From an uncultured archaeon (GTDB taxonomy: Archaea; Thermoproteota; Bathyarchaeia; Bathyarchaeales; Bathycorpusculaceae): a stretch of 64,000 nt of DNA. Positions within the stretch are counted from its first letter, which is position 1, and each line of letters opens with the position of its first letter. The position numbers and the translations under genes are program-made. Below the pieces are notes generated by a model. That model searched no databases and was not told the DNA's origin. It was given only the letters and a program-made list of their open reading frames with translations. The stretch spans positions 128,001 to 192,000 of the forward strand of contig CAWALK010000015.1 in NCBI GenBank assembly GCA_963782915.1, written 5' to 3'. Positions 61,647-64,000 of this stretch are shown piece by piece.

Positions 61647-62900
61647 TCAACCCATAATGCTGCATACGGTCTTTTTAGCTTCTTCTAAACGCACCGAGGC
61701 ATCTTGCATGTTCTTGCCTTGTCCCATGATTAAAGCGTAAGTATTGGCTTCGTCTAATGGGAAAGGCGGCGAAATAACCTCAGTTGATTTTGCGGCTTGT
61801 TGGAATGCTTCGAGGTTTGGTTTGGGGGTTTGGATTTTTGCGAAGCAAGCAACATTGTTTATCGGGTTTTGGGCAGGTAATTTGTCTTCAACTACAGCCT
61901 CAATTACTGCTTGACCAACATTAAAGCCAGCAACCGCACGTAAACCAACATACGAAGTAGTTAACCTTGGATTCACGTCTACTACATAGGGTTTGTCTTC
62001 GCCTAAAACAACGTCAACACCAACGTAGCCTCGTAAACCGAGTGATTCAACTACTTTCTCTGTTAACGTAAACGCTTGCTGCTTAAGAGGATGTTCAAGT
62101 GGAACGCAGCCGCTGTCGTAATGTGATTCAGCGCCTATTTGAGCCAATGTGACTTGTTGTTTGTTTAGGCTAATGGCTACTGCTTTTTTGCCGTTTGCGA
62201 TAAGGCTAACGCTTGTAGATTCCCCTTTTACGAATTCTTGTGCGACGTAGACTTTTTGTGGGGATTCTGTTTTTGTTTTAGTGAGGGCTTTTTCGAGTTC
62301 ATATTCGCTTTTTAATAGGTATATTCCATCGCAGCTTGTGCCATCTGTGGGTTTGATGAGAATTGGATACGCCAACTCGGTTCTAAGTTCGGCTTTTACG
62401 GTTGTTAGGTCGTCGTCTATGTTAAAGGTGATAGTTTTTGGGGTTGAGAAACCGTTTTTCCTCAGATGTTCGTCCAGCGTAGCTTTGTCTGACGCCTTAG
62501 CAATGGAGTCAAATTTACTGTTGAGGACTATTTTGCCAGTTGCTTGGGCGCGTTCAACGAGTTTTTGTAGGGTTTGCCCTGTTTCAGGTGCAATAATGTA
62601 GATTGCATCGTTTATGGATGCTATATTGGATATGAACCGTTGGGGTTCGTTAGCGTACAAAATTGGTACGGTGCAATCAGCTTCTAATGGTGGATTCAAT
62701 TTGGAAATCCGATCATCCAAAAGAACCGTAACTTCATGCCCAGCAGCTTTGAAATCTGCGGCAACACCGCGCAGCATCGCATAACCTTCCGCTAAAACAC
62801 TCGACGGAATAGGTTGCCCTGCATAGCCGCCGCCTGAAACATGCTCGTAAACTATAATCCTCAAATTCTTCCCCTTAACCCGATGAGTTAATTCAGTCAT
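61647..62900 (-). CDS. mfnD: ATP-grasp protein, MfnD-like tyramine-L-glutamate ligase
   Basis: EG.AML, IIAPE, SDK, IKP.DG, QEFVKG...SVSL, GYVGVD, VNPRLTTSY.GL. Confidence 0.82.
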   Translation of the reverse strand: MTELTHRVKGKNLRIIVYEHVSGGGYAGQPIPSSVLAEGYAMLRGVAADFKAAGHEVTVLLDDRISKLNPPLEADCTVPILYANEPQRFISNIASINDAIYIIAPETGQTLQKLVERAQATGKIVLNSKFDSIAKASDKATLDEHLRKNGFSTPKTITFNIDDDLTTVKAELRTELAYPILIKPTDGTSCDGIYLLKSEYELEKALTKTKTESPQKVYVAQEFVKGESTSVSLIANGKKAVAISLNKQQVTLAQIGAESHYDSGCVPLEHPLKQQAFTLTEKVVESLGLRGYVGVDVVLGEDKPYVVDVNPRLTTSYVGLRAVAGFNVGQAVIEAVVEDKLPAQNPINNVACFAKIQTPKPNLEAFQQAAKSTEVISPPFPLDEANTYALIMGQGKNMQDASVRLEEAKKTVCSIMG

Positions 62901-62912
62901 ATCATACGTAGT

Positions 62913-64000
62913 TTAAAGTTTTTCGTTTTCCTTCAATGTTTTCAGGAAAGCCAATGTATGTTTACGCTTTAAATGGGGCATTACAACGATTCTTATGCAG
63001 TCATAACGTGGAATGTATGATACAAACCAGCCCCGCCGCCAAAGGTTATCAGCCAGTTTTTTTGTGTTTTTGCCCTGAAAAGCGATTATGTTAAGCGTTG
63101 GTTGGCATAGGAGATTAAATCCTGCCTCTTTGATACCCTCAGAAAGAAGTTTAGTGTTTTTCATGCAGCCCTCAACAACCTTTCGGAAGCCTTCAACGCC
63201 CAATTCTTTGAAAACCGCCCATGCCGACGCTGCTGAAGCACCCGTTCTTGTGCCAACAAAAGTGTACTGTGCCCTGTCGGTGAGGTAGGGTGTTTCGGTT
63301 TTGAGGCAATCAAGCATTTGGGGATTTCTAAACAGGATGCCGCCTGATGGAATCGCTGCCATACCCATCTTGTGTGGGTCAACGGTTAGGGATTTTACGC
63401 CTTCCAGCTGGAAATCGAATGGGACCTTGTTGGTTAGGAAGGGGATGACTAAGCCGCCGAAAGCTGCATCCACATGCAAATGCACCTGATGACGCAACGC
63501 TATTTCTGAGAGTTCATCGATTGGGTCAATTGCGCCTAACTCGGCGGTTCCCGCTGTACCAACTATGGCAACGGTGTTCTTGTTTACGAGTTTCTCAACT
63601 GCTGAAGCTTTAACCCTAAACGATTCATCCAATGGGGCATATACTGGTTTTATTTTCAGTAAGCTGCAGGTTTTTGTAAACGAGAAATGTGCTGATTCGG
63701 GCAACACAACCTCGGGGCAAGCAATGTTTGCGGTGTTTCGTGCGGCAAGCAGTGCGAGGAGGTTTGCTTCTGTTCCGCCTGAGACTACAAATCCAGCGGC
63801 ATCTTCTTTGTGGAGAAGCGTGCCGAGCTGCGCCACGACTTCATGTTCAAGTTGGGCGGTTGCTGGAAAAAGTCCCTGGTCGCCAAGGTTTGATTCAAAA
63901 TATATTTCATACGCTTTTTTAGCGATAGGATGGGGTTTTGTGCACATGGAACAGAGGATTCTGCCATCCGCATAACGTTGGTCTTGGGTATGGCGTTTTT
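62913..64000 (-). CDS. mfnA: PLP-dependent L-tyrosine/L-aspartate decarboxylase MfnA (5' end outside window)
   Basis: IL.SMCT.PH, NLGD.GLF, SGGTEAN, HVDAAFGG, DPHKMG; frame open to the window edge. Confidence 0.93.
   Translation of the reverse strand, partial: KRHTQDQRYADGRILCSMCTKPHPIAKKAYEIYFESNLGDQGLFPATAQLEHEVVAQLGTLLHKEDAAGFVVSGGTEANLLALLAARNTANIACPEVVLPESAHFSFTKTCSLLKIKPVYAPLDESFRVKASAVEKLVNKNTVAIVGTAGTAELGAIDPIDELSEIALRHQVHLHVDAAFGGLVIPFLTNKVPFDFQLEGVKSLTVDPHKMGMAAIPSGGILFRNPQMLDCLKTETPYLTDRAQYTFVGTRTGASAASAWAVFKELGVEGFRKVVEGCMKNTKLLSEGIKEAGFNLLCQPTLNIIAFQGKNTKKLADNLWRRGWFVSYIPRYDCIRIVVMPHLKRKHTLAFLKTLKENEKL

Overview
Archaeal chromosomal segment, most consistent with Bathyarchaeia (TACK). 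The evidence is eL38, Tsr3, a Cren7-like chromatin protein, a JAMM protease, an Hjc-like nuclease, a methanofuran (mfnA/D/F/E) cluster, TATA-type promoters and four tRNAs. About 55 genes are recognisable: housekeeping, envelope/glycosylation, transport and signalling. Around ten are split by apparent single-base frameshifts, probably long-read indel errors. I found no CRISPR array, rRNA or intact mobile element; there is one ISH3-like transposase remnant. The most unusual content is non-coding. (1) A 10-kb zone (36.6-47.0 kb) has long intergenic spacers, a ~2.3-kb gene desert and two recurring ~30-bp motifs (6 and 3 copies) that I did not see elsewhere in the window. (2) A TATA-preceded, T-tract-terminated, strongly base-paired ~190-nt candidate ncRNA with a possible pseudoknot lies at 36.8-37.0 kb. 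(3) A dispersed non-coding repeat family (TATAAATAAGGGAGGGG ... GTTGTTGTTG/CAACAACAAC hairpin) has about seven loci, two of them homologous over ~260 bp. Notable proteins are a DUF2400 + T7-endonuclease-I-like fusion, a cupredoxin with axial Leu, an atypical truncated haemoglobin and an orphan soluble MCP-CheW pair. All alignments and folds were done by eye; no database search was run.
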